Shown: positions 61,034-64,000 of the stretch, in pieces
Layout of the letters: each line of letters begins with the position of its first letter
Numbering within the stretch: position 1 is the first letter of the stretch
NCBI GenBank assembly: GCA_965223705.1
Contig: OZ245015.1
Location: 4,224,001-4,288,000, forward strand
Reading direction: 5' to 3'
DNA length: 64,000 nt
DNA from: Myxococcota bacterium
Lineage (GTDB): Bacteria; Myxococcota_A; UBA9160; UBA6930
Notes under the pieces: generated by a model
What the model was told of the DNA's origin: nothing
What the model saw: the letters and a program-made list of their open reading frames with translations, nothing else
The model's database searches: none
Made by a program: the position numbers and the translations under genes

Positions 61034-62449
61034 ATGAAGATGCAGTGGTTAGCGGTTCTCACATTGTTGGTCTGCACCCTGGCGTGGGGAGCCGCCCAAG
61101 ACCATCGAAAACTACCCGGAGGGGACGTCACAACCCACGGGAGCGCCGCAACAGCCGTTTCAACGGGTGGGGGAGGCATCGCGCTTCGGGCCGCGTTCGA
61201 CCGAGCGGCGGTGTTTGCGGGCGGAGACGGACGCGCAGTTCTCGAGCTTTCGGTGAGCGCACCGGCGTCCGACGCCACGCCGCTGCGCCCCGCCGACGTC
61301 ATCGTCGTGCTTGATCGTTCGGGATCGATGCGCGGCGACAAGATGGCGCATGCGCGCGAGGCGATGCGCAGCTTGATCACGGGACTGAGAGAACAGGATC
61401 GGCTCGCGCTCGTGAGCTACGCACATCACGCTCGGCTCGACTTCCCACTCGCGCACGCGACGCCGGAGCGCAAAGTGGAGTGGTCGAACCGGACGCAGGA
61501 GATCGCGGCGCGAGGCGGGACGAACCTCGCGGCGGGGCTCGACCGCGCGTTGGCGCTACTCGCAACCGACCGCGAGGCCGAGCGGAGCGTCCGCGTGTTG
61601 CTCCTTTCGGACGGACTTGCGAACGAGGGGGACACCTCGCGCGACGGTCTGCGGGGGCGCGCGGCGCTCGTGGGCGGAAAAGAGCACACGCTTTCGACCA
61701 TCGGTGTCGGACTCGAGTTCGATGAAGAACTTCTCGCGCTTCTGGCCGACGCGGGAACGGGAAACTACCACTACATCGAAAGCACGAGCGGACTCGATCA
61801 CATCTTCGCCACGGAATTCGCGAGCGCGCGAGAAACGGTTGCGACCGGGCTGCGCGTGGCCATCGGCCTGCCCGAAGGCGCTCGGGTGCTGGACGCGGCG
61901 GGCTATCCACTCGAGCGACACGGCAATACCGTGAGCTTTCGCCCGGGCTCGCTCTTCGCCGGACAGCGGCGCAGGATCGGGGTCGCGATGCACCTCCCCG
62001 TCGACGCGGAGCGGCACGTACTGTCCGACATCCGCTTGGATTACCGAACCGGAGGACGGACCGAGACCGTGACGATCGACGAACCGCTGGTCGTCGACGT
62101 CGCGGCTGCCGAGGAGGAGTACCTCGCGGGCGTCGATCGCGAAGGTTGGGCTCGCTCGGTCGTCATCGACGAATACAACGCACTCCGGAAACGCGTATCG
62201 CGCGCCGTGGTACGAGGCGACCGGGACGAGGCCAGGAAGGAGATCGCCTCTTTCAAAGACAGCGTCTCGAGCGTCAACGAGGCGTTGTCCATCCCCGAAG
62301 TGGACCACCAACTCAAGGTACTCGACGAGCTGGAGTCGCAGATCGACGACAGCTTTCGCGGCGGGAATGCCTCTGTAAAACAGAAAGCGCTCGGAAAGAC
62401 GCTTCATCACCAAGGGATTGCCGGCGGCCGCGTCGGCAGCCAGAAGTAG
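61034..62449 (+). CDS. Secreted VWA-domain protein
   Basis: GAGGAG RBS; signal peptide; MIDAS DRSGS, GGTN, LLSDGLAN, GTGNY. Confidence 0.92.
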   Translation: MKMQWLAVLTLLVCTLAWGAAQDHRKLPGGDVTTHGSAATAVSTGGGGIALRAAFDRAAVFAGGDGRAVLELSVSAPASDATPLRPADVIVVLDRSGSMRGDKMAHAREAMRSLITGLREQDRLALVSYAHHARLDFPLAHATPERKVEWSNRTQEIAARGGTNLAAGLDRALALLATDREAERSVRVLLLSDGLANEGDTSRDGLRGRAALVGGKEHTLSTIGVGLEFDEELLALLADAGTGNYHYIESTSGLDHIFATEFASARETVATGLRVAIGLPEGARVLDAAGYPLERHGNTVSFRPGSLFAGQRRRIGVAMHLPVDAERHVLSDIRLDYRTGGRTETVTIDEPLVVDVAAAEEEYLAGVDREGWARSVVIDEYNALRKRVSRAVVRGDRDEARKEIASFKDSVSSVNEALSIPEVDHQLKVLDELESQIDDSFRGGNASVKQKALGKTLHHQGIAGGRVGSQK

Positions 62450-62458
62450 GAGATCAGT

Positions 62459-63013
62459 ATGGCCCTTCGCTTTACGGAACGGCTTTTGTCACTCGTACGA
62501 GCGGACGCACACGGCGTGCTCTCGCGCCTCGAGGAACGGGAACTCCTGTTGGCCCAGGCGTTGCGCGACGCAGAAATCGCGCTGCGCGAAGAGGAGCGAA
62601 AACGAGAGGAACTGGTCCGCCGGCAGAAGACGCTTCACGATCGGCACCGGCGCTTGCACGGGGTGCTCGAGCGGCGCGACGAAGACGTTGCGCTCGCACT
62701 CTCGCGTGGCGAAGACGACGTCGCCCGGTTTGCGGCTCGGGAGTATCTCGCTTGCCAGCGGGAGTCGGAGCGCTGCGCCGCGCAACTCGGGAGCGTCGAA
62801 GATGAGCTGCGCGAAGTCGAGACGAAGCTCGCCACAGACCGCGTGCGGTTTGACGACCTGCGCGTGAGGACAGCCCGTGTACGCGATCGCGATAGAACCG
62901 ACGGACCGACCCGCCCGGTGGATGTGGCCGAAGCCGATATTGATCTCGAATTGATGCGACGCGCACAACCGCGCGGGCAAGCCGGCGAAGGAGCCGCCGA
63001 TGCGATCGCCTAG
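62459..63013 (+). CDS. pspA: PspA/IM30-family protein
   Basis: RL..LVRADAHGVLSRLEE...L.QALRDAE N-terminus, coiled coil, ALSRGEDDVAR. Confidence 0.8.
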   Translation: MALRFTERLLSLVRADAHGVLSRLEERELLLAQALRDAEIALREEERKREELVRRQKTLHDRHRRLHGVLERRDEDVALALSRGEDDVARFAAREYLACQRESERCAAQLGSVEDELREVETKLATDRVRFDDLRVRTARVRDRDRTDGPTRPVDVAEADIDLELMRRAQPRGQAGEGAADAIA

Positions 63014-63512
63014 CCTGACGAAACGCCTCTTCTTGGCGGCGACCTTGGCGGCGCTCTACCCCGCCGCCGCCCTCTTCGTCGCTCCGGTCGGACCCGGCTT
63101 GTGGCTCCCAGTTGCCGCGGCCGCTTGGATCGCAGCACTCGCGCCGAGCGCGAGGCGAAAACTCGGCGGTTGCTTTCTCGCGCTCGGTCTATCGCTTGGC
63201 GGGTTCGCGCTGTTGGGAGACCCACTCGGCGGTGTCGCGGGCGCGGCTCTCGCCCTGGCCTACGCGCGGCGCGCCGGAGAACGCGCAACGGCAAGAGCCT
63301 TGGTGATCGAAGGAAGCATCGCCGCCCTGGCACTCGTTTGCTTCCGCTGGCTCGATGGACCGGATCTCGTGTCGTCCGTCGTCGCGTTGTGGGGTTTTTT
63401 CCTGGTCCAGATCGGCGGAACGCTGTTGGGCGACACACCGCCTTGCGCGCCGTGCCCGGATGCCTTCAGCGAAGCGGGCGATCGGCTCGAAGCGCTGCTG
63501 CGCGAGGAGTAG
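63000..63512 (+). CDS. Hypothetical multi-pass membrane protein
   Basis: About 5-6 hydrophobic segments; overlaps the pspA stop. Confidence 0.75.
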   Translation: MRSPSLTKRLFLAATLAALYPAAALFVAPVGPGLWLPVAAAAWIAALAPSARRKLGGCFLALGLSLGGFALLGDPLGGVAGAALALAYARRAGERATARALVIEGSIAALALVCFRWLDGPDLVSSVVALWGFFLVQIGGTLLGDTPPCAPCPDAFSEAGDRLEALLREE

Positions 63513-63521
63513 TCTCATGAC

Positions 63522-64000
63522 ATGGCCAGCCGTCGGGACCTGTGGGTCATCGCTCTCGCGTGTCTCGCGCTCGCGCTACTGACGACGTTGCCGCGGAATG
63601 CCCCCCTCACAGCGCCGCGCCTGCCGTCTCCGGGGCCGCCCGCCGATCGTTCGCCGGCCTCGGGCTTCGACCTGACACGAATCGGCGGGGGAAAACGCTC
63701 CCTCGCCGACTATCGCGGGCGCGTCGTCGTCTTGAACTTCTGGGCGACCTGGTGTGGGCCGTGCCGCGAAGAACTCCCCGCCTTGGAAGGGCTCCATCGC
63801 GAAGTTTCGGGCGCGGGAGCCGCGGTGGTCGCGATCAGCTTGGACAGCGGAGAGGCTCGCCACGTCGAGCGCTTCGCCCGAGAGCGCGCGTTGACGTTCG
63901 ACGTGCTCCACGACCCGGCGGGCGATTCCGCCGACGCTTACGCGGTCAGGCTCTACCCGACCACGGTCATCGTCGATCGACAGGGCCGGATCGCCGCCAC
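63522..64000 (+). CDS. TlpA/ResA-family thiol-disulfide oxidoreductase, 3'-truncated
   Basis: Translated by hand from ATG 63522: N-terminal anchor, SLADYRGRVVVLNFWATWCGPCREELP...YPTT. Confidence 0.9.
   Translation, partial: MASRRDLWVIALACLALALLTTLPRNAPLTAPRLPSPGPPADRSPASGFDLTRIGGGKRSLADYRGRVVVLNFWATWCGPCREELPALEGLHREVSGAGAAVVAISLDSGEARHVERFARERALTFDVLHDPAGDSADAYAVRLYPTTVIVDRQGRIAA

Overview
GC-rich bacterial chromosomal segment with about 65 tightly packed genes. Gene content (PEP-CTERM protein, REC-like/PilZ protein, VKOR-DsbA fusion, several luciferase-like oxidoreductases) suggests a Gram-negative Myxococcota/Binatota-like lineage; this is an inference only. Housekeeping and stress genes include dusB, moaA, polB, groES-groEL, hemF, gluQ, hslO, rmuC and cnoX. 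Also present are an osmoprotectant ABC transporter, c-di-GMP proteins and a flavin/hydrolase catabolic cluster. I saw no rRNA, tRNA, CRISPR array, transposase or integrase. The most notable hidden signals are: (1) an AhpD/CMD-like gene split by an in-frame TGA in a CxxU motif, followed by a SECIS-like hairpin (probable selenoprotein); (2) a ~138-bp structured intergenic element present twice, with compensatory base changes; (3) a two-component system divergent from a VWA-PspA-membrane protein operon, with GTAAA direct repeats between them; (4) an apparently inactivated PD-(D/E)XK-like protein fused to a PcrA/UvrD-CTD-like Tudor domain; (5) a TraB-family gene that appears to need a non-canonical start codon. 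All calls come from motif reading by eye; no database searches were run.
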